A stretch of 64,000 bases of DNA from a virus (taxonomy: Duplodnaviria > Caudoviricetes). Position numbers and translations under genes: made by a program. Shown piece after piece: positions 35,037-44,685 of the stretch; within the stretch, counting starts at the first letter, position 1; each line of letters begins with the position of its first letter. The stretch lies in the IMG/VR virus record IMGVR_UViG_3300037483_000648, positions 708 through 64,707 of that record; one strand, given 5' to 3'. The notes beneath the pieces are model-generated. The model had not been told where the DNA came from. It searched no databases and worked only from the letters and a program-made list of their open reading frames with translations.

Positions 35037-36689
35037 TTAAAACATGAAAAATTTCTTATACTTCCTCAAATCCTCATCCGTAGTCACATAGTCAGGATCA
35101 AACGCCTTCACGCAATTCAATATGTTCATGGTCTTTTCATCAATCCCATTTATCTTCGTGCTCTCATCAGGCAAGGTGAAAAAGCTCTTTACCCGCTTCT
35201 TTTTCTCCTTGAACTTGGCAATCTTCTCTGCTGTCACATCACCAACACCTTTAATGGATATAAACGGGGCAAACAGATTCTTCTTGTTATCACAATTCCA
35301 TTTTGTAGGATGGGAGATACCAATTTTAGGTAGGTTGATCTTCAAACCTAGTCTCCTGGCCTCTCGGATATATTCAACGTTCTTGTCCTTGTTTCCGAGC
35401 GTCAGGCAGGCCGTTATAAACTCTGCAGGGTAGTATGTTTTGCTAAACATATCATAATATGTGATCATGGAGTATGTCACAGAGTGGGACTTATTAAAAG
35501 AATAGGATCCAGACTCAGACATCATATTCCAAATCTGCAAGGCTTTCTCATCTGATACAGTTTTATTGTTTTTACAACCATTCAAAAAGTCTTCTTTATA
35601 TTTATCAAAAGCAGCATGGCCCATGCTCTTTCCCATGACTTTTCTTATTTTGTTACAAACGGCCATAGGGATTCCGGCAAGCTGATTAACTGCCTTCATC
35701 ACCTGCTCTTGATAGACGATTACACCAAATGTTTCTGCAGTAATTTTATCAAAAATCGGATGAATCTTTTCAACCTTTTCCTTTCCTCTTTTCCTTTTGG
35801 AATATGATTCGGTCATTCCTGATTGCATTGGGCCGGGCCGCCACAGAGCAGTTACAGCATATATCATGGCAAAGTTTTCCACACCAAGCTCTATACAATA
35901 ATTAGTCATTCCATGGGTGCTTATCTGAAAAGCCCCTGTGGTATGACCTGCGGTAATCTCGGCAAATACTTTAGGATCATCAAAAATCAACTTCTTGTAA
36001 TCAATATCAACACCATGATTTTGTTTGATAAGCCTTTTGGTCTCGTTCAGGATAGTAAGGGCCGACAGACCCAGCACATCTAATTTCATCAGGCCACAAT
36101 ACTCCGCATTACGCATGTCCCAGTTAGCCACGATATTTCCTGATCTGGAAACCAGATTACAATTATACCCTTCCCTTAAATCATTTTTAGAAATACAAAT
36201 GCCAGCTGCATGTTGCCCATAACCTCGTATCTGCCCCTCGATTGATTGAGAAACATCTATCACATCAGGATATTTCTTCTGAAATCTCTGTAGCGGGACT
36301 GAGCATTTTAAATTCCCTTCAATTTCCTTTTCAAAATCGCCTACAAGCATCGATTTAGCTGCAGTGTTTACTTCCACTAGGGGAACGTCGAAAACTCTGC
36401 TGACATCCCTTAAAACGCCTTTTCCTTTCATAGTTAAAAAATTAGATAAGCCGGACACATTAAACTCGCCATATTTATCACAAAGATACTTTCTGACCTC
36501 GCCTCTTTTAATATCCTCGAAATCCATATCGATGTCCGGAAGATCACAATTTTTGGTTATAATTTTACCTTCTAAGCAATAAGATGGGTCATTTTTTATC
36601 TTTATAGAATAAACAAATCCTTCAAAATCAATTTCCTCTATCTTCTCTATTTTAATAGATTCATTAATATTTATTGATTTCATACCCAA
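35037..36689 (-). CDS. dnaE: C-intein fused to DNA polymerase III alpha C-terminal part
   Basis: 47-aa IntC ending ITKN then CDLPDIDMDF; QHAAG, KLDVLGL, YQEQVM, YSFNKSH motifs. Confidence 0.95.
   Translation of the reverse strand: MGMKSININESIKIEKIEEIDFEGFVYSIKIKNDPSYCLEGKIITKNCDLPDIDMDFEDIKRGEVRKYLCDKYGEFNVSGLSNFLTMKGKGVLRDVSRVFDVPLVEVNTAAKSMLVGDFEKEIEGNLKCSVPLQRFQKKYPDVIDVSQSIEGQIRGYGQHAAGICISKNDLREGYNCNLVSRSGNIVANWDMRNAEYCGLMKLDVLGLSALTILNETKRLIKQNHGVDIDYKKLIFDDPKVFAEITAGHTTGAFQISTHGMTNYCIELGVENFAMIYAVTALWRPGPMQSGMTESYSKRKRGKEKVEKIHPIFDKITAETFGVIVYQEQVMKAVNQLAGIPMAVCNKIRKVMGKSMGHAAFDKYKEDFLNGCKNNKTVSDEKALQIWNMMSESGSYSFNKSHSVTYSMITYYDMFSKTYYPAEFITACLTLGNKDKNVEYIREARRLGLKINLPKIGISHPTKWNCDNKKNLFAPFISIKGVGDVTAEKIAKFKEKKKRVKSFFTLPDESTKINGIDEKTMNILNCVKAFDPDYVTTDEDLRKYKKFFMF
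36549..36689 (-). mobile_element. Split intein, C-terminal half
   Basis: IEKIEEIDFEGFVYSIKI...KN|C: block F/G pattern, terminal Asn, +1 Cys. Confidence 0.9.
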
Positions 36690-37503
36690 CCTTTTTTAAA
36701 ATATTATTTATAGTTGCTGTGCATACTCCGTATTGTTTGGCTAAAAATGATATTTCTTCAGGGCCATTTGTATCAATTCTTTTTATAATTTCTGGGTATT
36801 GGTGACTTTTTATTTTTACATTCGGATTATTGTCACCGACCATTCGTCCATCAGAAGTTCTAAGACTTGCCATTTTTCTTTTTTCTTCTGGCCACTTTCT
36901 TCCAAAATTAGGATTCCTTTCCCCTTTATAACCTCCTCTCTGTTTTAATTTTTGATATATTATAGTTTTAGCCTCTTCGGTATGAGTTTTACCATACATT
37001 CCATTATTTTCGCCTTTTGTTACTTTAGACATTGTTTCTTTAAATCCTTCAGGCATCTTTAAACCTGTATGGAATCTGGAAAGTCTCCTCCTTACTTCTT
37101 CGGTATGAGTTTTACCATACATTCCATTATTTTTACCACTCTGTGCCTTAGACAATTTGATTAATGTTTCCTTAGACGGTCTTACTCCTAAAGTATTACC
37201 GGCTTTAGGGCAGATATTATAACCAAATTTTCTTTTAGCAGATTGATAAAAATCAATCCAGTATTGCTCTCTTTCAATAAGCTGTTCATTTATTACTCTT
37301 TCCAAAACAGTAAACATAAAAGACTCTTCTTTATATTTACTCCAAGCTTTTTGTAAATAATTGTTATAGTGTCCATCTCTTTTTAATAATCGTTCGTGCC
37401 CTTTAATTCTATTCTTTATATTTACTGAGCTTCCAATATAAACCTTATTTGTTATAATATTTTTTATACAATAGATGCCGGATTTTAAACGCCTTTTTCT
37501 CAT
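36664..37503 (-). CDS. GIY-YIG homing endonuclease with NUMOD3 repeats
   Basis: SGIYCIKN...VYIGSS..R; GENNGMYGKTHTEE repeats. Confidence 0.95.
   Translation of the reverse strand: MRKRRLKSGIYCIKNIITNKVYIGSSVNIKNRIKGHERLLKRDGHYNNYLQKAWSKYKEESFMFTVLERVINEQLIEREQYWIDFYQSAKRKFGYNICPKAGNTLGVRPSKETLIKLSKAQSGKNNGMYGKTHTEEVRRRLSRFHTGLKMPEGFKETMSKVTKGENNGMYGKTHTEEAKTIIYQKLKQRGGYKGERNPNFGRKWPEEKRKMASLRTSDGRMVGDNNPNVKIKSHQYPEIIKRIDTNGPEEISFLAKQYGVCTATINNILKKVGYEINKY
36974..37133. repeat. 37-bp intragenic duplication (NUMOD3 units)
   Basis: TCTTCGGTATGAGTTTTACCATACATTCCATTATTTT at 36974-37010 and 37097-37133. Confidence 0.85.
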
Positions 37504-38973
37504 TTACTTTATCCTTATCAAGTTATCATTTTTAACGTCTAAGTCTTTTGCCATTTTTTCTATTATATTATTATGCTTGTCCATGACTATCCACTTATGA
37601 TCTTGAGTACAAACAATAAAGTTGTCCTCAAAATAAATTTTTAGAACTTTTTCCTTTATATTAAATTTTCTGATATTCTTAACAACATCTTTTTCTCCAT
37701 ATTTATTTATTACTGTATCACCAACTTTGACTTTAGAAATATTTTTAACTTCATTATTAATCAATACTTTTGTTTCTCCGGTAAAACACCTGCTCTCATC
37801 TACGAATCGAAAAAACTCTGTTCCATAAACAAGAGGATCACAGTCAGTAATAAACAGCAAATAGGCGATTAAACTTCCACCTACGCTGCCCCTTCCTGGC
37901 CCAGTCATTATTCCTTCTTTCTCACACCATTTGATCAGATCCCAGACAATCAAAAAATACCGAGTAAACTTCTTAGCAATAATCAGCTTCATTTCCATAT
38001 CAATTCTTTCTCTGTATGGAACAAGCTCATCAAAAGTTTTATCTTTTAACCGCAACCTCAACCCCCTGTGGATCCTATTTTCCAAAAAAGTTATTTCGTC
38101 TTGCTCAGAAGGAAAGTTTTTGATGCTCGGCAAATATACCTCTTGCTTTTCTATTCTAAAATTCTCGCACAGCTTAGCTACAGTCACGGTTCTTCTGATG
38201 GCCCTTTTAATCTGCTGATCGGTCAAACAGCCCTGCTCCTGAAAAGCCTCAAACATCTGCTGTTCTGATTTTAAAAACAGCCCGCCACAGTTAAATTTCC
38301 ATCTATCTTTATCTAGCCACTTCTTTTTAGTTTGAATCGCCAAGAGCACTTCCTGGTGCTTTGTAGCTTCTGAGGTAGGATAGTGAATGTCGTTGGTGGC
38401 TACTATTTGAAGACCAAGTTTTTTAGAAAGAGAAAGGACCAGTTTATTTGTTTCTATTTGCTCAGGTATTTGGTGTGGCATTACCTCGAGGAAAGCACGA
38501 TCTTTGCCGATAGCCTCGATATAATCTCTGAGCATATCTGCACCATTATCTTTCTTGATAAAAGACATGGAGCATGCAGAAAGGACAACAAGCCCTTCAA
38601 TGTGATTTAATAAAGTTTGATGGTCTATCCTGGGGCGATAATAAAACCCGTCTATATTGGCAATGGTCAGGAGTTTTAAAAGATTTCTCCATCCTGTTTG
38701 ATTTTCTACCAGTAGGGTGATGTGATATCTGGTTTCTCCTTTGTTTTTTACATAAAGGTCATCAACTAAATACATCTCTGCGCCAATGATCGGCTTGATT
38801 CCGGTATCAAGACATTGCTTTTGATGTTCAATCGCTCCGTCAATATTGCTGTGGTTTGATAAACATAGCCACTCCTGACCTAGCTCTTTAGCCATGGCAG
38901 CATATTGTTTAGAGGTACCGACGCCATCAAGAACAGAATATTCGTTATGGACATGTAGATGTGCGAAGATCAT
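37504..38973 (-). CDS. dnaE: DNA polymerase III alpha N-terminal part (PHP) fused to N-intein
   Basis: HLHVHNEYSVLDG, GFYYRPRID, NDIHY, GPGRGSVGGS; ends FVDESR|CFTGET...TQDH. Confidence 0.95.
   Translation of the reverse strand: MIFAHLHVHNEYSVLDGVGTSKQYAAMAKELGQEWLCLSNHSNIDGAIEHQKQCLDTGIKPIIGAEMYLVDDLYVKNKGETRYHITLLVENQTGWRNLLKLLTIANIDGFYYRPRIDHQTLLNHIEGLVVLSACSMSFIKKDNGADMLRDYIEAIGKDRAFLEVMPHQIPEQIETNKLVLSLSKKLGLQIVATNDIHYPTSEATKHQEVLLAIQTKKKWLDKDRWKFNCGGLFLKSEQQMFEAFQEQGCLTDQQIKRAIRRTVTVAKLCENFRIEKQEVYLPSIKNFPSEQDEITFLENRIHRGLRLRLKDKTFDELVPYRERIDMEMKLIIAKKFTRYFLIVWDLIKWCEKEGIMTGPGRGSVGGSLIAYLLFITDCDPLVYGTEFFRFVDESRCFTGETKVLINNEVKNISKVKVGDTVINKYGEKDVVKNIRKFNIKEKVLKIYFEDNFIVCTQDHKWIVMDKHNNIIEKMAKDLDVKNDNLIRIK
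37507..37788 (-). mobile_element. Split intein, N-terminal half (94 aa)
   Basis: Block A CFTGETKV, block B CTQDHKW, then stop. Confidence 0.9.
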
Positions 38974-39791
38974 AGTTTATCCAGATCAAGTTTTAAATTA
39001 TTTTTAGCCTTTGACTTTGGTTTCCATTCCCCTTTCTCTCCGAGCCAGAACCAAAATTCTTCGAATGTAGGATATACTAAGTGAAATCTATATTTTTCTA
39101 CATCTCCGGTCTCATGCAATTTTATAACATGTTCGTTAGATAACCTTTCCCAAAATCTAAATAAAGCCCTTTTATATGCTTTCCAGTATCCAGGCCATCT
39201 TATTTGACTAAATTTTCTTTCCTGCCCAGACTGAAAAGGGCAAATACAACATCCGATTCTATGTATCATTGGGATATCATATAATTCACAGTAGGGTAAG
39301 TTTTGCTTTTCTATAAATTCCCAAACCTCCCATTCTTTCCAATCAAATATAGGATGATGGTCAATAAATTTTTTAAAATTATGTATTTTACCCCTTTTTG
39401 CCCTCTTTGAGCTTTCTTCTGCCCTTATTCCCATTACCCTATATTTACTTCCAATTTCTTTTTGCGGTTGTTTTTTTTGAGTATCACAACACCATCTTCT
39501 CATTATAGTCGGTGGCCCTTTCTTTATTACGTTTTTCATAAAAGAAGGGGACGGGATTATTTGGATATCTGAGTGATATTCTTTTATATATTTTACTATT
39601 TCAGGAGGATCAATACATGGAAATGCATATCCGCCGACCCATTTAACCCCTGATAATATCATTAATTGTTTACAAACAATACTATCTTTACCACCGGAAA
39701 AACAAAGGTAATATCCTTCTTCAGGCTCATTCTTTTTTAAGAAATCAATTGCCTCTTCAACAATATCATCTTTTTCAAAAAGGCTCATCAT
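38970..39791 (-). CDS. PAPS/APS-reductase-family PP-loop protein
   Basis: FSGGKDS, RWCC, GIRAEES..R, RIGCCICP; no C-terminal ECGLH. Confidence 0.85.
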   Translation of the reverse strand: MMSLFEKDDIVEEAIDFLKKNEPEEGYYLCFSGGKDSIVCKQLMILSGVKWVGGYAFPCIDPPEIVKYIKEYHSDIQIIPSPSFMKNVIKKGPPTIMRRWCCDTQKKQPQKEIGSKYRVMGIRAEESSKRAKRGKIHNFKKFIDHHPIFDWKEWEVWEFIEKQNLPYCELYDIPMIHRIGCCICPFQSGQERKFSQIRWPGYWKAYKRALFRFWERLSNEHVIKLHETGDVEKYRFHLVYPTFEEFWFWLGEKGEWKPKSKAKNNLKLDLDKL

Positions 39792-40141
39792 TTCACCCCA
39801 TGTCTTTCAATCCAATTACTCTTAACTAAATATTCAGACAAAGCATTTTTCCCAACCCACAAAGCAGGATTTATTGCATCCTCTTGTTTCATATCGAGCA
39901 GGTTAAAATCAATGTCTGCCTGAACGTTAACAATGGTCTTATTGATTATATTGAGCAACTCCCGGTTGGTGATACTCTTTTTCCATACAACAGCTCTTTT
40001 GTTCTGCCAACACATGGCTAAAAATGGCACTTTGTGGATTCTGGTAAAAGTCAGAAGTAACGGCTTGAACTTTAAGACCTCCTCAAAGTATGCCGTCACC
40101 TCTTCTTTTGTTTCCAGGATCAGGATAAGATCAGTATTCAT
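39788..40141 (-). CDS. Hypothetical protein
   Basis: Likely start MNTDLIL; overlaps the dUTPase end. Confidence 0.55.
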   Translation of the reverse strand: MNTDLILILETKEEVTAYFEEVLKFKPLLLTFTRIHKVPFLAMCWQNKRAVVWKKSITNRELLNIINKTIVNVQADIDFNLLDMKQEDAINPALWVGKNALSEYLVKSNWIERHGVK

Positions 40142-40601
40142 TTGATGATACCAACCATATCCCATCAAATCCAGTATCCGCAGTATCTAACTCAATACCA
40201 GTAGAGCCAAAACCATTAGCACCACGCTCCGTCTCATCCAAGGAATCAACCAATTCAAATACAGGGGATTCATGCTTTAAAATAATAATTTGAGCTATCC
40301 GATTGCCAGGCTTAAACTGAACAGGGAAATCACCAAAGTTGTGAAGATGAATTTTTATTTCACCACGATAGCCGGAATCAATAATACCTGCACCCACCTC
40401 AATTCCATGTTTAAAAGATAAGCCAGAACGAGAAACTACTTTGCCGACATATCCTTTTGGAATGGCCATCGATAACCCAGTGCTGAATTGGGCTGATGTA
40501 TGGCCATAAATAACTTTTTCTTCGTTGGTGGCTATATCATAGCCTGCATCACCATCTTTAGCAGGAGCAAGCTGATATGGGCCTTTATATTTTATTTTTA
40601 T
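40131..40601 (-). CDS. dut: Trimeric dUTPase, apparent ATA start
   Basis: Five motifs AGYDI, SRSG, GIIDSGYRG, RIAQI, RGANGFGSTG; frame extends upstream of the ORF-track start to an ATA. Confidence 0.9.
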   Translation of the reverse strand: MKIKYKGPYQLAPAKDGDAGYDIATNEEKVIYGHTSAQFSTGLSMAIPKGYVGKVVSRSGLSFKHGIEVGAGIIDSGYRGEIKIHLHNFGDFPVQFKPGNRIAQIIILKHESPVFELVDSLDETERGANGFGSTGIELDTADTGFDGIWLVSSNEY

Positions 40602-41620
40602 TATTCCACAACCTCCAAAGCTACTACATGCCGGAAAGAATCGGACTCAAATAAAATCCGATTATCACTTACCACCCCTTTATCAACAGTAGAGAGAATT
40701 TGAATAAGATACTGAGGATTGATATTGAACTGGATAGCAGATCCAGAATGTTTAACCCGCATACTTTCTTCCAACCAACCACTATCCCCTTCTGCCCTTA
40801 CTTTCAAAACTCCTTTATCACTAATAGAGATTTCCACCAATTTCTCTTGGTCAAAGTCAGCCTCAATAAATATTCCCGCCCGATCCATCATATCTTTTAT
40901 CTCAGCAGGAAAAACTAATTCCTGGCCATCAACCACAAATAGCTCGTCCAATTCAGGGAATTTACCTGCCATGGTTCGGCAAGAGAATATAGAGGTACCA
41001 TCAAGATTAAAGTGAAGCCAACCACCATTTACAGCATAAGCAATGATTTTCCCATAACTGATAAGCGGCTTGGCTGCTTCTGCAGGGATCAAGATTGGTG
41101 GATCAAAATAATCTTTATCAAGATCGCACTGGGTAGCTCTTTCCGAATCAGTACTTTCCACGATAGCTTGGTCACAGTTGATAACAGTTAATATTTCCCG
41201 ACTCATATCTTTGGAAGTAGAGAAGACAACCGAGCGGAGGATCTTGTCAAACTTTTCGGGCAGTTTGATAAATAGTTTGGGTATTTTGATTTCCTCAGTC
41301 GGCATATGGATTTCTGCTTCCAGGCGGATACCAGCTTTGATCTTGCCATTCTTGATTAACAGCTCATTGTCGGTAAATTCCACATCACACTCATCCCCTT
41401 TTAACTTACTGATTAAGGCTTGCAGTTCTTTGGCGCTTACCGCCCCTTTGACTTTCTTGAGTGGGAATGGAGTACGGACAGAGATATCATCGTTGTAAGT
41501 GAAAGCCATGCCATCCTGAAAGGCAAACATATTGGATTGGTCGGTGGTTTCTTTTCCACCAGACAAACCGGGTTTTAGGATACTGAGTACCTTTTTCAGA
41601 TCTTCAATTTTTACTTTCAT
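40601..41620 (-). CDS. dnaN: DNA polymerase III beta sliding clamp
   Basis: 339 aa; three-domain clamp pattern (MAGKFP, FNINPQYL..IL). Confidence 0.8.
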   Translation of the reverse strand: MKVKIEDLKKVLSILKPGLSGGKETTDQSNMFAFQDGMAFTYNDDISVRTPFPLKKVKGAVSAKELQALISKLKGDECDVEFTDNELLIKNGKIKAGIRLEAEIHMPTEEIKIPKLFIKLPEKFDKILRSVVFSTSKDMSREILTVINCDQAIVESTDSERATQCDLDKDYFDPPILIPAEAAKPLISYGKIIAYAVNGGWLHFNLDGTSIFSCRTMAGKFPELDELFVVDGQELVFPAEIKDMMDRAGIFIEADFDQEKLVEISISDKGVLKVRAEGDSGWLEESMRVKHSGSAIQFNINPQYLIQILSTVDKGVVSDNRILFESDSFRHVVALEVVE

Positions 41621-41631
41621 TTTCTCTCCGC

Positions 41632-42579
41632 TTAAATAAACTTTTTAAAGTACTGAATAGTCATCAACAACCCTTCTTCAAGTTGTATTCTTGGCAGCCA
41701 CCCTAATATGTCACTGGCCAAAGAAATATCTGGGCATCTTTGTGTAGGGTCGTCTGAAGGAAGGTTGAGGAAATTAATCTCAGAACTGGATCCTGTTAAC
41801 TCAACAACTTTTAATGCTAACTCTTCAATAGTAAATTCTATAGGATTCCCAAGATTAATCGGCCCAGTAAATGATTTGTCAGTATTCTCCATCAGTCTTA
41901 CAAAACCCTCAATTAAGTCATCAACGTAGCAAAAAGATCTGCTCTGTAAACCGTCACCATAAATAGTAATAGGTTTATCCTGAAGAGCCTGAATAATAAA
42001 ATTAGAAACAACACGGCCATCGTTAGGACTCATTCGAGGGCCATATGTATTGAATATTCTGGCCACCTTAATTTCCATATTGTGTTGCCTTTTATAATCA
42101 AAGAAGAGAGACTCAGCACATCTTTTCCCCTCATCATAGCAAGACCTGATTCCGATAGGGTTAACATTTCCCCAATAGTATTCGACCTGAGGATGAATAT
42201 CAGGGTCACCATAAACCTCACTAGTGGATGCCTGAAATATTTTGGCCTTAGTTCTTTTGGCAAGACCAAGCATATTAATAGCCCCGAGCACTGCTGTTTT
42301 AGTGGTCTGGACGGGGTCAAATTGGTAGTGAATAGGGGAAGCCGGACAGGCAAGGTTATATATCTCGTCGACTTCTACATATAAAGGAAAGGTGATGTCG
42401 TGCCTGAGTACCTCAAAATAAGGATTAGGGAGCAGGTGAGCAATATTTGCTTTGCCTCCGGTGAAGAAATTGTCGCAGCATAAAACTTCGTTTCCATCAT
42501 TTAAAAGCCTCTTGCAGAGATGAGAGCCGAGAAAACCTGCCCCGCCAGTTACTAAAATTCGTTTTCCGTATGATTTCAT
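41632..42579 (-). CDS. UDP-glucuronate decarboxylase (UDP-xylose synthase-like SDR)
   Basis: [46 protein letters not shown]. Confidence 0.9.
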   Translation of the reverse strand: MKSYGKRILVTGGAGFLGSHLCKRLLNDGNEVLCCDNFFTGGKANIAHLLPNPYFEVLRHDITFPLYVEVDEIYNLACPASPIHYQFDPVQTTKTAVLGAINMLGLAKRTKAKIFQASTSEVYGDPDIHPQVEYYWGNVNPIGIRSCYDEGKRCAESLFFDYKRQHNMEIKVARIFNTYGPRMSPNDGRVVSNFIIQALQDKPITIYGDGLQSRSFCYVDDLIEGFVRLMENTDKSFTGPINLGNPIEFTIEELALKVVELTGSSSEINFLNLPSDDPTQRCPDISLASDILGWLPRIQLEEGLLMTIQYFKKFI

Positions 42580-42589
42580 TCTTAATTCC

Positions 42590-43789
42590 TTATTTTGATT
42601 TAACCAAGGTCATGCCATATTCATTTTTAGTTTTAGTAGGCACTACGCCTTCTTTCAAAATCAATCTGTTCCTTTTAAATTTTGAGTAATCGACGTTATG
42701 ATGCCAGTGACCAAACTTCCAGGTTACAGTAACCTCTTCAGGATGCTGTTTTTGAAGAGATTTGGCAAAAGAAAGCCGGTGGTCACCAGTATTATACACG
42801 TTATCTGTATTTCCACCCTTCATCGCACCTTTCTTGTCGCCAGCACCTTTATATGTCTGTAATTTATTCATTAATAAGGCTCTAAATAATACAGTACAAT
42901 ATCCATCTTTTAATAACCGTAGGCTGAGGTCAGTATCCTCATTGTAACGACCCCTCCATCTATGAGGAAGATTTGTATCAAGAAGAATGCAAGAATATAT
43001 TCGGCTGTTCAAGAGGAATGGAGTTGATTTAGGCATCCTGTCTGGCATAAAGGCTTGATCATGTGGACCAGCCATAGCAATATTTTCATATCTGTCAACA
43101 AAATCTTCCATGGCCCTAAAGAATCCGCCACCACGAACTTGAAGTCTTCGATTATTATTACACCTAACAAAATTACCAATATTATCATCTACAGTCCAGT
43201 GTCTTTTAAATTCTCTTTCTTTGGCCCACTCCCAAATATAATTTCTTGCAGGAACAGACCCTTTACCAAGATCGTGAAAAGGCATAACTACGACGTTTTC
43301 TTCCCCAAGGTGATCTATATACTCATCACCTTCCGTTTCCTCTACAAAGAACCTATACGAGATTCCAAGGGCATCTAATACCTTCCCTGTAGTTTGAACA
43401 TCAGCCCTGCCTTTACTCGGAATACAAATAGGGTATCGGCTATCTGTTGGTTCACCGATATACTCAAATTGAGCACTTTTTAACCTTTCCTGAGGAGGCC
43501 ACCAAGTAGAATCAGATTTATGAGTAACCCTAATTCCAAGTTTCTTTGCAAAGTCCTGAACATCTTCCTTGGTCATAAAATTCATGGTTATCTGATATTT
43601 CGGGGTAGCGTCTTTCATCTCAAATTCCGGCATACCCCACCAAATATTTTTCCAATCCGGTTCTACATCAAATAAGTTTACACACTTGATTTCTCTGGTG
43701 GGTCTGTTCTTGTTTAAGTCTTCCATCTGATATTTATCCAAGAAGGTATTGTTTATAGAAAAATAGGGATGCCAGAAAAGATCCAACAT
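42590..43789 (-). CDS. GREB1/TAGT-like glycosyltransferase with N-terminal accessory domain
   Basis: [46 protein letters not shown]; N-terminal WWGMPEF domain. Confidence 0.8.
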   Translation of the reverse strand: MLDLFWHPYFSINNTFLDKYQMEDLNKNRPTREIKCVNLFDVEPDWKNIWWGMPEFEMKDATPKYQITMNFMTKEDVQDFAKKLGIRVTHKSDSTWWPPQERLKSAQFEYIGEPTDSRYPICIPSKGRADVQTTGKVLDALGISYRFFVEETEGDEYIDHLGEENVVVMPFHDLGKGSVPARNYIWEWAKEREFKRHWTVDDNIGNFVRCNNNRRLQVRGGGFFRAMEDFVDRYENIAMAGPHDQAFMPDRMPKSTPFLLNSRIYSCILLDTNLPHRWRGRYNEDTDLSLRLLKDGYCTVLFRALLMNKLQTYKGAGDKKGAMKGGNTDNVYNTGDHRLSFAKSLQKQHPEEVTVTWKFGHWHHNVDYSKFKRNRLILKEGVVPTKTKNEYGMTLVKSK

Positions 43790-43833
43790 CCCTATTTTGT
43801 TTTCGAAACAGAGTTAACCAGAATTACTTAGAA

Positions 43834-44550
43834 CTACTTTACAAACTTGCGGTTGTATGCATAGAGGGCATTGCCGATTACTCGGTATGGCTTTTCCGGG
43901 AACTTTTCTTTGGCCTGCAGAACAATTACATCTTCATGTTGGGTGCCGAGACCGGTTGGGATAACTGATGTAAAAAAATCATTAATACCGACAGATGATT
44001 CTTTCGGTTGCTTGGCAGGTTTATCAGCCTTTCCTTTTTTACCAGAAGGCTTTTCCGGGGCAGGAGCCGACCCATCCAATTTTCCGATCAAATATTCTTT
44101 GAGTTTGGCAGTATCCTTATAGAACGGCGGCGGAATCCGAATTGACCAGGCTTTGGCGATATTCTTCAGCTTCTCAACATCTTTGGTCTTTTTGACCAGG
44201 GCGATATCAGCAGCTTTGGCGGCTTTATCTTCATCATCGCCATTTTCTTCTTCCTGGCCGTTTTCTTCTGGTTCTTCGCCAGGCTCATCAAAATCTGCAA
44301 TACCGGCAACAGTTTCAATATTAAGAGCATTAAGGGTTTCAGCGGTTTCTTTCTGGATGGTATCGGTTGCTTCAAGCTCTTCGGCTGTTTCTGTTACTTC
44401 GGCCAGCAAGTCATCATATTCCAGTTCCAAATCAATACCTTCTGTTGGATCAGCAAACATGAAAGAGTTGAAATCTTCGGCTACAGCAATAAGCTGTTCC
44501 AGTGTTACTTCGGGTTTCGGGGCTTCTTTTTTTGATTTTTTCGGGGCCAT
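43834..44550 (-). CDS. Acidic/Lys-rich hypothetical protein
   Basis: 238 aa, strong GGAG RBS, low-complexity segments. Confidence 0.65.
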   Translation of the reverse strand: MAPKKSKKEAPKPEVTLEQLIAVAEDFNSFMFADPTEGIDLELEYDDLLAEVTETAEELEATDTIQKETAETLNALNIETVAGIADFDEPGEEPEENGQEEENGDDEDKAAKAADIALVKKTKDVEKLKNIAKAWSIRIPPPFYKDTAKLKEYLIGKLDGSAPAPEKPSGKKGKADKPAKQPKESSVGINDFFTSVIPTGLGTQHEDVIVLQAKEKFPEKPYRVIGNALYAYNRKFVK

Positions 44551-44625
44551 GGTATTTCTCCTGTTTTAGGAATTTTCGGTTTAGTTGATATTCGGGAACA
44601 ACTTTAAAGTCATCCTCATTTGTCT

Positions 44626-44631
44626 ATTATA
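44626..44631 (-). promoter_or_regulatory. TATAAT -10 element upstream of 43834-44550
   Basis: Perfect TATAAT in intergenic gap; no good -35 at 17 bp; similar box at 49402-49407. Confidence 0.35.
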
Positions 44632-44685
44632 GACTTGAAATTCTGTTTCATTAAGCAATATTTCCAATTTTTTAAAAATAAATTG

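Noticed and set aside
36974-37133. CRISPR-like 37-bp repeat pair
   Set aside because: Only two copies, in frame inside the GIY-YIG gene, encoding NUMOD3 units; no array or cas genes seen in the window.
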